Shown here: piece by piece, positions 1-12,307 of the stretch
Layout: each line of letters starts with the position of its first letter
Numbering within the stretch: position 1 is the stretch's first letter
DNA from: Centroscyllium fabricii
Taxonomy: Eukaryota
Direction: 5' to 3'
DNA length: 64,000 nucleotides
NCBI GenBank assembly: GCA_051313645.2
Contig: JBNRSN020000015.1
Location: forward strand, 125,922,001-125,986,000
Notes under the pieces: model-generated
Told to the model about the DNA's origin: nothing
The model's input: the letters and a program-made list of their open reading frames with translations, nothing else
The model's database searches: none
Made by a program: the position numbers and the translations under genes

Positions 1-516
1 TCCTTCTGACTGGATTTTCAATATTCACTTGAACCACAGTAACAAGAAGACTGGACCTCAATTTAAATCATACAGTGGGTCGCACTCTCTCTCGCTTCTA
101 CATCAGAAGGTTGTGGGTTCGATTCCCACTCCAGAGATTCCAGCACAAAAGTCTCGGCAGACACTCCCGGTGCAGCGCTGAGGGAGTGCTGCACTGTCGG
201 AGGTGCCGACTTTCTGAGGAGACATTAAACCGAGGCCCCGACTGTCCTCTCAGGTAGGTATAAAAGATTCCATGGCACCATTTCGAAGAAGAGCAGGGGA
301 GTTCTCCCCACGGGAGTCCTGGCCAATATTTATCTCTCAATCAACATTCCAAAAAGAGATGATCTGGTCATTATCACGTTGCTGTTTGTGGGAGCTTGCT
401 GTGTGCAAAATGGCTTTAAAAAAAAATTCGTATATGGGATGTGGGCATCGCTGGCAAGGCCGGCATTTATTGCCCATCCCTAGTTGCCCTTCAGGAGCTG
501 GTGGTGAGCCACCTTC

Positions 517-975
517 TTGAACCACAGCTTCAGCTATGAAGAGAGGCTGGACAGGCTGGGGTTGTTTTCCTTGGAGCAGAGAAGGCTGAGGGGGGACCTG
601 ATTGAGGTGTATAAAATTATGAGGGACATGGATAGGGTAGATAGAAAGGAACTTTTCCCCTTAGTAGAGGGGTCAGTAACCAGAGGGCATAGTTTCAAGG
701 TAAGGGGTGGGAGGTTTAGAGGGGATGTGAGGAAGAACTTTTTCACCCAGAGGATGGTTGGAATCTGGAACTCACTGCCTGAAAGGGTGGTAGAGGCAGG
801 AACCCTCACAACATTCAAGAAGCATTTAGATGAGCACTTGAAATGCCATAGCATACAAGACTATGGACCAAATGCAGGAAAATGGGATTAGAATAGACAG
901 GGCTTGATGGCCGGCACGGACACGATGGGCTGAAGGGCCTCTTTCTGTGCTGTATTACTCTAAGACTCTATGAGG
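517..975 (+). mobile_element. CR1 LINE 3' fragment
   Basis: YEERLDRLGLFSLEQRRLRGDLIEVYKI...FFTQRMVGIWNSLP, followed by the CR1 tail. Confidence 0.9.
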
Positions 976-1084
976 GGAAGTTAAGAGTTAAACACATCGC
1001 TGTGGGTCTGGATCACATATCGGCCAGACCGGGTAAGGGCGGCAGATTTCTTTCCCTAAAGGCTGCCCGGTTAACTACATTAGG

Positions 1085-2075
1085 GATCGGTCCTGGGACC
1101 CCAGCTATTCACAATATACATTAATGATTTAGAAAAGGGAACTAAATGTAATGTCTCCAAGTTTGCAGATGACACAAAGCTGGGAGGGCGTGTGTGCTGT
1201 GAGAAGGATACCAGGAAGCTCCAGGATGATTTGGACAGGTTGGGCGAGTGGGCCGAGACATGGCAGATGCAGTATAATGTGGATAAATGCGAGGTTATCC
1301 ACTTTGGGGGAAAAAACAGAAATGACGACTATTATCTGAATGGCAATAGATTGGGAGAAGAGGAAGTACAACGAGACCTGGGTGTCCTGGTGCACCAGTC
1401 ACTGAAGGTGAGCATGCAGGTGCAGCAGGCGGTTAAGAAGGCAAATGGTATGTTGGCCTTCATAGCGAAAGGGTTCGAGTACAGGAACAGGGAGGTCTTG
1501 CTGCAGTTGTACAGGGCCTTGGTGAGACCACATCTTGAGTACTGTGTGCAGTTTTGGTCTCCTTATCTAAGGAAGGACGTTCTTGCCATGGAGGGAGTGC
1601 AGAGGAGATTCACCAGGCTGATACCTGGGATGGCAGGATTGACGTATGAGGAGAGACTGGGTAGACTGGCTCTCTGGAGTTTAGAAGATTGAGAGGGGAC
1701 CTCATCGAAACGTATAAAATTCTAACTGGTCTGGACAAACTTGATGCAGGAAGAATGTTCCCGATGGTCGGAGAGTCCAGAACCAGGGGTCATAGTCTAA
1801 GGATAAGGGGTAACTCATTTAGGATAGAGATGAGGAGGAATTTCTTCACCCAGAGAGTGGTGAACCTGTGGAATTCTCTACCACAGAGGGCGGTGGAGGC
1901 TAGTTCATTGAATATATTCAAGAAGGAGCTGGATGTATTTCTTAAGGCTATAGGGATCAAGGGATATGGGGAGAAGGCAGGGACAGGGTACTGAGTTTGG
2001 ATGATCAGCCATGATCTCACTGAATGGCGGAGCAGGCTCGAGGGGCTTAATGGCCGACTCCTGCTCCTATCTTCT
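1085..2075 (+). mobile_element. CR1 LINE 3' fragment (RT C-terminus)
   Basis: KFADDTK, WQMQYNVDKCEVIHFG, RPHLEYCVQFWSP, then the 3' tail. Confidence 0.92.
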
Positions 2076-3290
2076 ATTACAACGGCGACTACACTTCAAA
2101 AATGTACTTTAATGGCTGCAAAGCACTTTGGGACATTCAGAGGCTGTGAGAGGCACTGTAGAGATGCGAGTTCATTCTTTCTTCTTTAAATTTCTCAACA
2201 AAGGGTGGCACCTTTGACAATGCAGCACTCCCCGAGTCCTGCGATTGCAGCCAGTCTTGATGACATGTACTCGTTCTAGCGTAGGGTTTGAAGGCAACAG
2301 CGTCTGCTCAGGAAGGTGACAGAGCGGCCAACCCAACCACTCCCAAAATGGCACTCATTTTAGCAACTGCGCCTCAATATGGAAAGTGGCCCAGAATACA
2401 AATGGTATGCAAGCGAAATGGCTGTTCATAGTTTATGCAATCTTTAGAGGAAATCACCAGGTTCATGCAGCTGATAGTAATCGCACCATTTCCTTCACAC
2501 TCCACTGGTTTAATAGTTTTCTATTGTTATATTATTTCACCCAGCGATCTTCTGCAATCGCAACATAACAAAACCGCTGCAGAATCGTTCTCACGCACAG
2601 TGGACGAGGGCCATCAATCGAGCTTCATATAACACGGGGATAATAGATAATAATAGGTAAGAATCTGTAAAATGGGTCAGGTCTGTACTGATGGGATCTT
2701 AGTGCCGGTTTCGCACGTTTCAATGCTGACAGCTGCAAGGCCTGAACTTCCGACGTGCCATTAACAAGCCAACCCTCAGGGTGTTATTTTTATTTTAAGA
2801 ACAGGTTAACACTTCTCTGAAAGAATGTAGTACGAGTGTCTGCTACAGTTGTAGTCAGCCTCACCAATCCGAATGGGTACATTGGTGAGATTAAAAGATT
2901 TTTTTGTTTTCTTTTTAATTCATTCTCATGGCATCGCTGGCAAGGTCGGCAATTATCGGCCGTCCCTAGCTGCCCTGAGAAGGTGGCGGCGCTGGGCTAT
3001 GTTCCCTCTAATTTTTTGGGGGGTGGGGGGGTGGGGGCGGGCGGCCCCTTTAACGTGCTGTGTGGCTCATTCACGATACTGCGTGTGTGCCGTTTCTTTC
3101 CATTTAAAAGCCGGTGAGCAGGCTGCGCGGGAGCTCCACGCGCTCCGCGGCCGCGCGGCTTAAAGGTGGCGGGCCTTCTTCCGGAGCCTCTGGACTGTAG
3201 CGGTTTGATCGGCCGCTTCAGAGGGCAGTTAGGAGTCAACAAGGTGGAATCACTCAGCAGGCCAGGCAGCATCCCTGGAGAGAGAAACGC

Positions 3291-3327
3291 GGTTAACGTT
3301 TCAGGTCTGGGACCCTTCGTCAGAACT
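3291..3327 (-). ncRNA. Hammerhead motif (family A), sense to SYT9
   Basis: Minus strand: gtt-CTGACGA-a-gggtc cca gacct-GAAA-cgtt-aac. Confidence 0.7.
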
Positions 3328-3404
3328 GGAAACAAGTTAGAGATGTGACAGGTTTTAACCAAGTGCAGAGGTAGGGAGGAACAAAAGCAATGGTCTGTGT
3401 TAGC

Positions 3405-4007
3405 ATAAGAACATAAGAAATAGGAGCAGGAGTCGGCCAATCGGTCCCTCGAGCCTGCTCCACCATTCCACAGGATCATGGCTGATCTGATCCTAACCTC
3501 ATATCTACTTTCACTCTCCATCCCGCCCAAATCCATGTGATCTCCCGGGAGAGGCGAAAAACCAGATAAAAAACCCAGTGGGCAATTTGAGAGAAAAAAT
3601 CTGGGAAATGCCTCTCCGACCCATCTAGGCGATCGAAAACTGGTCCAGGAGATCACATGGCCGATCTGAACCTAGCCTCACATCCACTTACCTGCCCGCT
3701 CACCATAACCCCTAATTCCCTTTACTTCTAGGAAACTGTCTATCTCTGTTTTAAATTTATTCAATGTAGTAGCTTCCACAGCTCTCTGGGGCAGCAAATT
3801 CCACAGCCCCAACACCCTCTGAGTGAAGAAGTTTCTCCTCATCTCAGTTTTGAAATGGCAGCCCCTTATTTTAAGATTATGCCCCCTAGACCTAGTTTCA
3901 CCCACCATTGGGAACATCCTCACCGCATCCACTCAATCAAGCCCCTTCACAATCTTATATGTTTCAATAAGATCGCCTCTCATTCCTCTGAACTCCAATG
4001 AGTAGAG
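3405..4007 (-). mobile_element. CR1 3' fragment with extended structured 3' UTR
   Basis: ORF2 C-terminus 3678-3932, plus an extra module at about 3490-3660. Confidence 0.88.
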
Positions 4008-4056
4008 AAGGCAGGAGAGATTAAATGTTGGAAATGGGGATGGCACAACTTATTCC

Positions 4057-4093
4057 AGTTCTGACAAAGGGTCCCAGCCCTGAAACCTTAACT
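4057..4093 (+). ncRNA. Degenerate hammerhead motif (family A)
   Basis: agtt-CTGACAA-agggtcccagccct-GAAA-cctt-aact. Core G8 is lost. Confidence 0.4.
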
Positions 4094-4796
4094 CTGTTTC
4101 TCTCTCCACGGATGCCGCCTGGCCTGCTGACTATTTCCAGCATTTTCTGTTGTTATTTCAGATTTCCAGCATCTGCGGTATTTTGCTATTGTAGGAGTCA
4201 ACAAGGGTTCTTTTTAAAGGCAAATAGGCAGGTATGATAATTGACAAAAATAAAAACCCCATCCAGAAATAGCCCTTTCTACTTAGCAGACTTGGGGACT
4301 CATAGATAGAGAGAGAGAGAGAGCGAGAGCCCCCCAAACATTAGCGACCATGGGGGTGAACTTTCCGGATTCATGGGATAGCTTGCCTCACTCATCAATG
4401 TCAAGTCCCCTCATTTACATGTCTGAAGGATCTAATGTCCATTTTAGGCAGCCGTCTGGCACACCTGAAAAATGACCTAACCTAGTTTCGGGTAGGACGT
4501 TTTTCCGGTGGGTCCTTGGGGTGCAGGATGTTGGTCTCCGAAATTGGGCCCCATTAAGGCCATTTTACAGGCACAACGAGGTCCAATTTCTACCCGAGTA
4601 TTCTAGTTACCACACGGGCCCTTGAGAAATTACTCCCTGTAGGTCGCTTCCATGTTTGTTGTTGGCAGGATCTTCTAGGAGCTATGCGGCGAATGGGACT
4701 AAAGGTGTTTGTTCGGCCAAGCCACAGCTCCCAGACTCTCCGCACTTTCTACCTCAGACACCTCCTACCCTTGCAAAACCAAAGTGTGACTCGCGA

Positions 4797-4861
4797 GAAA
4801 GAAAAAAAAGAAAAAAAAAGAAAAGAAAGAGAGAGATAGAAAGAGAGAGAGAGAAAGAAAG
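4797..4861. repeat. Purine-rich A/GA tract (expanded SINE tail)
   Basis: Direct reading. Confidence 0.85.
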
Positions 4862-5700
4862 ACTTGCATTTATATCACGCCTTTCATGACCATCGGACGT
4901 CCCAAAGCGCTTTACAGTCAATGAAGTACTTTTTGAAGAAGTGTAGTCACTGTTGTAATGTAGGAAACGCGGCAGCCAATTTGCACACTGCAAGCTCCCA
5001 CAAACAGTAATGTGATGACCAGGTAAACTGTTTTAGTGATGATGATAGAAACATAGAAACATAGAAACTAGGAGCAGGAGTAGGCCATTCGGCCCTTCGA
5101 GCCTGCTCCGCCATTCAATGAGATCATGGCTGATCATCCAAACCCAGTATCCCGCCCCTGCCCTCTCCCCATATCCCTATCGAGCCTGCATCAACACATA
5201 CCCCACCCTATCCCCGTAATCCCACATATTCAATCCCCCTAACACACTAAGGGTCAATTTATCCTAGCCAATCAACCTAACCCGCACATCTTTGGACTGT
5301 GGGAGGAAACCGGAGCACCCGGAGGAAACCCACGCAGACACGGGGAGAATGTGCAAACTCCACACAGATAGTCACCCGAGGCTGGATTTGAACCCGGGTC
5401 TCCAGTGCTGTGAGGCAACAGTGCTAACCACTGTGCCACCGTGCCGCCCGTGATTGAAGGATAAATGTTGGCTCCAGGACACCAGGGAGAACTCCCCCTG
5501 CTCTTCTTCAAAATGGTGGCCGTGGGATCTTTTATGTCCACCTGAGAGGGCAGACGGGACCTCAGTTTAACACCTCATCTGAAAGTTGGCGCCTCAGACA
5601 GTGCGGCACTCTCTCTCAGCACTGCACTGGGAGTGTCGGCCTAGATCTTTGTGCTCAAGGCTCTGGAGTGGGACTTGAACCCTCAACCTTCTGACTCAGA

Positions 5701-5730
5701 GGGGAGAGAGACAGACAGACAGACAGAGAC

Positions 5731-5763
<33 letters not shown>

Positions 5764-5777
5764 GAGACAGAGAGAGG
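5701..5777. repeat. (GACA)n/(GA)n microsatellite about 80 bp past the SYT9 donor
   Basis: Direct reading. Confidence 0.9.
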
Positions 5778-5859
5778 TCTACCCACCCATTGAGCCATGG
5801 CTGACACAAACCGGTTCTTGTGTTTCTACGGCAAACTCAGAGGAGGGGGTCACACTTAC

Positions 5860-6403
5860 CGAAGTGACGTGTTGAATATCCTTCCACAGCATTGTCTCCC
5901 GGGGAAAGTCGGACAAGTCGAGGAAATTGTCAACAGCCACCTGGCCGATCACATCATGGCGGGAAAACCTGTCGAAGTCGTAGACACTGAAGTGGAGCTT
6001 GCGGTTGGCCAGCTCGTTGTAGGGGACGGAGAAGAGGAAGGCTTCATCGAAGACGGGGTTGAGGGTTTTGCGGTGGACTTTAGTCTGGTGTTTGGTTTTG
6101 CGGTCCGGCAGCAAGTATATCTTCACGTAAGGGTCGGAAGTGCCAGAAAAGTCCTTCGCCGGCAGGTTGACGGCTTTGTGGATTTTGACGATCAGCTGTT
6201 CCAAGTCGCAGTCGTACTTCAGCACAAAGTTAAGTTTCCCGCAGGTTTGGTTGTTCCTCCGCCCATCGTCCGTGTCTACCGACCTCTGCTTGTACAACTC
6301 GGGCTTAATCCGTCCAATGTCCATTGGCTTTTCCTGCCTTTGGTACTGTTGGATGTCAAAGTCCGGGTTGGAAATGTTTAACTGTCTCCTTATGGAATTG
6401 TGC
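5860..6403 (-). CDS. SYT9: Synaptotagmin-9 coding exon (probably exon 3): C2A domain
   Basis: Acceptor ttgcAG|G CAC AAT, donor TCG|GTAAGT, 544 nt. The AG+G junction with the upstream exon restores Arg in frame. Peptide [15 protein letters not shown]...[10 protein letters not shown]...[39 protein letters not shown]...[10 protein letters not shown], with the Ca2+-binding aspartates intact. Confidence 0.96.
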
Positions 6404-7097
6404 CTGCAACCGAAACATAGCATCGTTCAGCCGATTGCTGTGAAACACACACGGCGCCACCAAATCCTAAATGGCAAATTTGCGCGTTTATGTTCACAGA
6501 ATCAATCACAGAATAATTTTCATTTCTTTGGTCCATTTCCATTTTAAACCAGAAAAGCCCTTTTGCTTAATGAGTCTCTCCGCTAGAATCCTACAGCACA
6601 GACGGAATATTACAGTCCAGGATGAGGCCATTCGGCCCATCGTGCCTGTGCCGGCTCTTTGAGAGCGCTCTCCAATCAGTCCCACTCCCCCCGGCTCTTT
6701 CCCCGGAGCCCCTGCAAATATTCCCTTTTCAAAAAATATATCCAATTGCCTTTTTGAAACTTTAAATATCTAGGCATTCACGGCAGAGTACAAGGTCAAA
6801 TTCTGACCCCGATTTCTTCATCAGCATCGAAAGAACGATTGGTTCAAGGTTGACCATCTTATGGAGTCGCTGCGCGAAGTGGATTTGCCACTTAAAAAAA
6901 ATATTGATTATCGGGATGTGGGTGTCGCTGGCCAGGCCGGCATTGATCGCCCATCCCTAATTGACCTTGAGAAGGTGCTAGTGAGCCCTCTTGAACCACC
7001 AAGTGGTTTTGATACAACGGAATGGCTTGCTGTGCCACTTCAGAGGTCAATCAAGAGCCAACTACCTTGGTAATAACATCCGTGGAGAGAGAAACAG

Positions 7098-7134
7098 AGT
7101 TAACGTTTCAGGTCTGGGGCCTTTCATCAGCACT
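7098..7134 (-). ncRNA. Hammerhead motif (family A), helix I mismatch, sense to SYT9
   Basis: Minus strand: agtg-CTGATGA-a-aggcc cca gacct-GAAA-cgtt-aact. Confidence 0.55.
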
Positions 7135-7359
7135 GGGAAAAAAGCAGCAAATGGAAAGCAGGTTTAGGGGCTGGGAAAAGCGGGGAGGGGATGAAAGAAC
7201 ATAAGGGAAGGTCAGTGATAGGAGAGAAAGCGGGAGAGATTGAGAGACATTGACAGACATTGAGAGATATCCAAGGCGCGAGGAGGTGGTAATGGGACAA
7301 GGTAAGAAACAAAGGATGGCACTGGATGGGGCGTGAATTGCGCTGGCAGAATGAAAGAC

Positions 7360-9230
7360 ACCCTGAAAAACAACTGTTCACCACTACTCTCTGTTTACTA
7401 TCACTTAGCCAATTTCATGTCCATGCTGAGACTGTCTCTTTTATTCCATGGGTTTCAACTTTGCTGGCGAGCCTATTATGCGACACTTTATCAAACGCCT
7501 TTTGGAAATCCATGTTCACCACGTCAACCGCATTACCCTCATCAACCCTCTCTGTTACCTCATCAAAAAACTCGATCAAGTTGGTTAAACATGATTTGCC
7601 TTTAACAAATCCATGCTGGCTTTCCTTAATTAATCCACACTTAGAAACATAGATAGATTTGAACCAAGTGACTGTTAATTTTGTCTCTGATTATCGTTTC
7701 TAAAAGCTTCCCCTCTACCGAGGTTAAACTGACTGGCCTGTAGTTGCTGGGTTTACCTTTACACCCTTTTTCGAACAAGGGTTTAACATTTGCAATTCTC
7801 CAGTCCTCTGGCACCAACCCCGTATTATGGCCAGGACCTCCGCGATTTCCGCCCTCAATTACCTCAGCATCCTAGGATGCATCCCATCCGCTCCTGGTGA
7901 TTTATCTACTTTAAGTACAGCCAGCCTTTCTAATACCTCCTCTCTAGCAATTTTTATCCTATCCAGTATCTCCACTCCCTCCTCCTTCACTATGTCTATG
8001 GCAGCATCCTCTTCCTTGGTGAAGACAGATGCAAAGTACTCATTTAGCACCTCAGCCACACCCTCTGCCTCCATGCGTAGATCTCCTTTATGGTCCCTAA
8101 TCGGCCCCACCCCTCCTCTTACTACCCGTTTACTATTCATATGCCTATAGCAGACTTTTGGATTCGTTTTTATGTTGGCTACCATTCTATTCTCATTCCC
8201 TCTCTTTGCCCCTCCTATTTTAATTTTCACTTCTCCTCTGACCTTTCTATATTTAGCCTGATTCTCAGATGCATTTGCAACCGGACATCGGTCATACGCG
8301 TTCTTTTTCTGCTTCATCATATCGGCTATCTGTTTTGTCATCCAGGGAGCCCTGACTTTAGTTGTCCTCCCTTTCCCCCTTGTGGGAACGTAACTCGACT
8401 GTACCTGAACTATTTCCTCTTTAAAGGCAGCCCATTGTTCCATTACCATTTGCCTGCCAATCTTTGATTCCAGTTTACTCGGGCTAGATCCGTTCTCATC
8501 CCATTGAAATTGGCCATTCCCAAGTTAAACACTTTTACTCTAGATTACTCCCTGTCCTTTTCCATAGCTAATCTAAACCTTATGATATTATGATCACTGT
8601 TCCCTAAATGTTCTCCTACTGACACTTGCTCCATTTGACCCACCTCATTCCCCAGAACCAGATCCAGCAATGCCTCCGCCCTCATTGGACCAGAAACATA
8701 CTGAACAAGAAAGTTCTCCTGAACACACTTCAGAAATTCTTCCCCCTCTCTGCCCTTTACACTATGACTATCCCAGTCTATATTAGGATAGGTGAAGTCC
8801 ACCATTATCACTACTCTATAGTTCTTGCACCTCTCTGTAATTTCTCTGCAAATTTGCTCCTCTATATCTTTCCCACTATTTGGTGGTTTATAGAATTCAC
8901 CGAGTAGTGTAATGGCAGCTCTATTATTTCTTAACTCTTGCCATAAAAATTCTGTCCTTGACCCCTCCAGGACATCCTCCCTCTCCAGCACTGTAACATT
9001 CTCCTTAACCAATACTACCACACCACCTCCTATCTTTCCTGAACACCTTATAACCAGGAATATTTAATATCCAATCCTGCCCTTTTTTGAGCCAGGTCTC
9101 AGTTATTGCCACAACATCATACAGGTATTCCCGATTTACTATTTATGCCTGCAGCTCACTTACCTTGTTTACTCCATTTTGTGAGTTCACATACATACAC
9201 TGTAAAACCATCTTAGACCATCCTGGATTC
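7360..9230 (-). mobile_element. CR1 ORF2 fragment (endonuclease to RT start)
   Basis: YKPPNS, LLDLVL, LGNSDHNII, KSPGADGMHPRML. Confidence 0.9.
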
Positions 9231-10164
9231 ACTCTTAGTTTGAACCCCACCTAATACCTTATTATTTCTTACTTTAGTGCTCACTGCCTCTCCCAGACCT
9301 TTGATCACTTTATTTCCCCTTTCTAATAAGAACATAAGAAATAGGAGCACCTCCACATCATAAGAAATAGGAGCAGGAATAGGCCACTTGGCCCCTCGAG
9401 CCTGCTCCACCATTCAATAAGATCAGGGCTGATCTTGGGCTCAAAGCCACTTCCCCGCCCGCTCCCCATAACCCTTCACTCCTTTATCTTGCAGAAATCT
9501 GTCTATCTCCACCTTTAATGTATTTAATGACCCAGCCTCCATGCCTCTTTGGAGCAGAGAATTCCACAGATTTACGACCCTCTGAGAGAAGAAATTCCTC
9601 CTCATCTCAATTCTAAAAGGGCGATCCTTTATTCTGAAATTATGCCCCCGATTTCTAGAATTCCCCACGAGGGGAAACATCCTCTCTGCATCTACCCTGT
9701 CGAGTCCCCTCAGTATCTTATATGTTTCGATAAGATCCCCTCTCATTCTTCTAAATTCCAATGAGTATAGGCCCAGCCTGCTCAACCTTTCCTCATAAGT
9801 CAACCCCCTCATCTCTGGAATTAACTGTGTGAATTGTCTCTGAACTGCCTCTAAAGTAAGTTCATCCTTCCTTAAATAAGGAGACCAAACTGTACGCAGT
9901 ACTCCAGGTGTGGTCTCACCAATACCCTGTAAAGTTGTAGCAAGACTTCCCTGCTTTTATACTCCAACCCCCTTGCAATAAAGGCCACCATTCCATTTGC
10001 CTTTTTGATGACTGGCTGTACCTGCTGCTAACATTTTGTGTTTCATGCACAAGGACCCCCAGGTCCGTCTGAACTGTAGCATTTTGTAATCTCTCTCCAT
10101 TTAAATAATATTTTACTTTTTTATTCTTCCTGCCAAAGTGGATAACCTCACACTCTCCCACATT

Positions 10165-11106
10165 GGGCCCTGTTTTCCTGTGGCCCGATTGCTGCGGGTG
10201 CGCGCTCACGTGCACCCGCGGCGCACGCGCACGTAATTTTTTATTTTTTTTTACAGCAATTTCCTGTGGAAAATGCCATTTTTTTTGCTGCGTAGGGGTC
10301 TGGTTTTTTTTGGTGCGTGGTGCTTTGTGCGTAGGTTGTGAGCAGGCCACGCCCACTGAGGTCGGCTTTCCCCCCGCACAAAGCACAGAATCGGCCTCAG
10401 GACAAAGAATATCGGGTAGGAAGCACCTTGTTTTTTTTAAGTTTCTAGGAAGCACCTTGTTTTTTTTAAGTTTCTAGGAAGCACCTTGTTTTTTTTAAGT
10501 TTCTAGGAAGCACCTTGTTTTTTTTTGGTGGAAGTGAAAAAAACACGTTTAAAGGTAAGTTTTTTTTTGATTCCTTTGCAGATATTTGTCTGTGGTCTTT
10601 CAGCTTTTAAATGGGTAGGGGTTTTTTTTGTTGGTGAAAGTGAGAAAAAAAACGGGTTTTTAACGTGAATTAAGCAGCTGTGATGGCCATCAGAGCTGCT
10701 GACATCGCGTTAAAAACCCGTTTTTTTTTCACTTTCACCAAAAAAAAAAAAAAACCCTACCCATTTAAAAGCTGAAAGACCACAGACAAATATCTGCAAA
10801 GGAATCAAAAAAAAATGTACCTTTAAACGTGTTTCTCCACTTCTCAAAGCTGCTGCAGCACCTCTAAGACTGCTTTTTAAATGTGCAGCTGAAGAGAGAC
10901 TTGCCCACGTGATACACACGCATTCTGAGCAGCTGCCACAGGAAATCGGCAGCTCAAAGTCTTCCTGGGTAGGAAGCTGAAGCCCCTTGCCCATCAGCAC
11001 AGGAAATTCACGTTTCTGGTAATCACCCGAGCTGCACCCCCACGAGGCATTTCTGACCCCCCTTCGTGGGGGTGCAGCTCTTCTGGAGCACAGGAAAACA
11101 GGGCCC
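10165..11106. mobile_element. PIF/Harbinger-like MITE inserted in a CR1
   Basis: Perfect 18-bp TIR GGGCCCTGTTTTCCTGTG, 3-bp flanks ATT/AAT. CR1 sequence cccacATT|atactcc is continuous across it. Confidence 0.85.
10418..10526. repeat. Tandem repeat of about 29 bp, roughly 3.7 copies, inside a MITE
   Basis: Unit AGGAAGCACCTTGTTTTTTTTAAGTTTCT. Confidence 0.9.
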
Positions 11107-12307
11107 AATATACTCCACCTGCCAAATGTTTGCCCACTCACTAAGCCTGTCTATATCCCTTTGCAGATTCTTTGAGTCCTCTGCACAACTTGCTTTCCCA
11201 CACATTTTTGTATCATCTGCAAACTTGGCTACATTACACTCGGTCCCTTCATTCAAGTCATTAATGTAGATTGTAAATAGTTGAGACCCCAGCACCGATC
11301 CCTGTGGCACCCCTCTAGTTACAGTTTGCCAACCAGGAAATTACCCATTTATCCTGGCTCTCTGCTTTCTGTTAGTTAGCCAATTCTCTATCCATGCTAA
11401 TATATTACCCCCAACCCCGTGAGCTCTTATCTTAGGCAGTAACCTTTTATGTGGCACTTTATCAAATGTTTTCTGGAAATCCAAATACACCACATCCACA
11501 TGTTACATCCTGGTGCCCATCCCCCTGTCAATTTAATTTAAACCGTCCCCAACAGAACCAGCAAACCTCCCCGTGAGGATATTGCTTCTGGCCCTGTCGA
11601 GGTGCCACCCAGCCGGCTTGTACAGGTCCCACCTCTCCCAGAACTGGTTCCAAATCACCCGGAATCTGAGTCCCTCCCTCCTGCACTATCTCTCTAGCCA
11701 AGCTCATCTGCTTAATCCTTCCATTTCTATACGCAATTGTGAATGACACCGGGAGTAATCCGGAGATTACTATCTTTCAGGTCCTGCTTTTTAATCTCTT
11801 TCCTAGCTCCCTAAAATCTGCCTGCAGGACCTCATCCCTCTTTCTGCCTTTGTCATTGGCACCGATATGGACCACGACCTCTGGCTGTTGACCCTCCCCC
11901 CCCTCAGAATATTCTTCTTCGAAATAGTGGCCACAGGATCTTTTACATCCTCCTGAGTGAACAGATGGGGGCCTCGGTTTAATGTCTCATCTGAAAGACA
12001 GCACCTCTGACAGAGCAGCACTCCCTCAGTGCAGCATTGGGAATGTCAGCCTAGATTTTTTTACTCAAGCCTCTGGTGTGGGATTTGAATCCAAACCTTC
12101 ATGACTCAGCGCCGAGTGTGCGACACACTGAGCCACAATTGAGCCATTTCCAGTCATTGCTTTGTTCTGGGACTTTAGCCCCTCTCCGCTCACCCTTACG
12201 CTGGAACTAGGATCACCAGCTCTGGTTAGAGCGATTCCTGGAGGTGTCATCACATGACCTCTTGCCTCTCACCACCCCGCCCCCACACTATGTTATTGGT
12301 AGCCCGA

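Larger units (their letters stand above)
9360..11500 (-). mobile_element. CR1 3' fragment split by the 10165-11106 MITE
   Basis: PQGSVLG, KFADDTK and the C-terminal motifs on both sides of the MITE. Confidence 0.9.

Noticed and set aside
5797-6547. Plus-strand ORFs of 194 and 135 aa
   Set aside because: Antisense shadows of the SYT9 exon.
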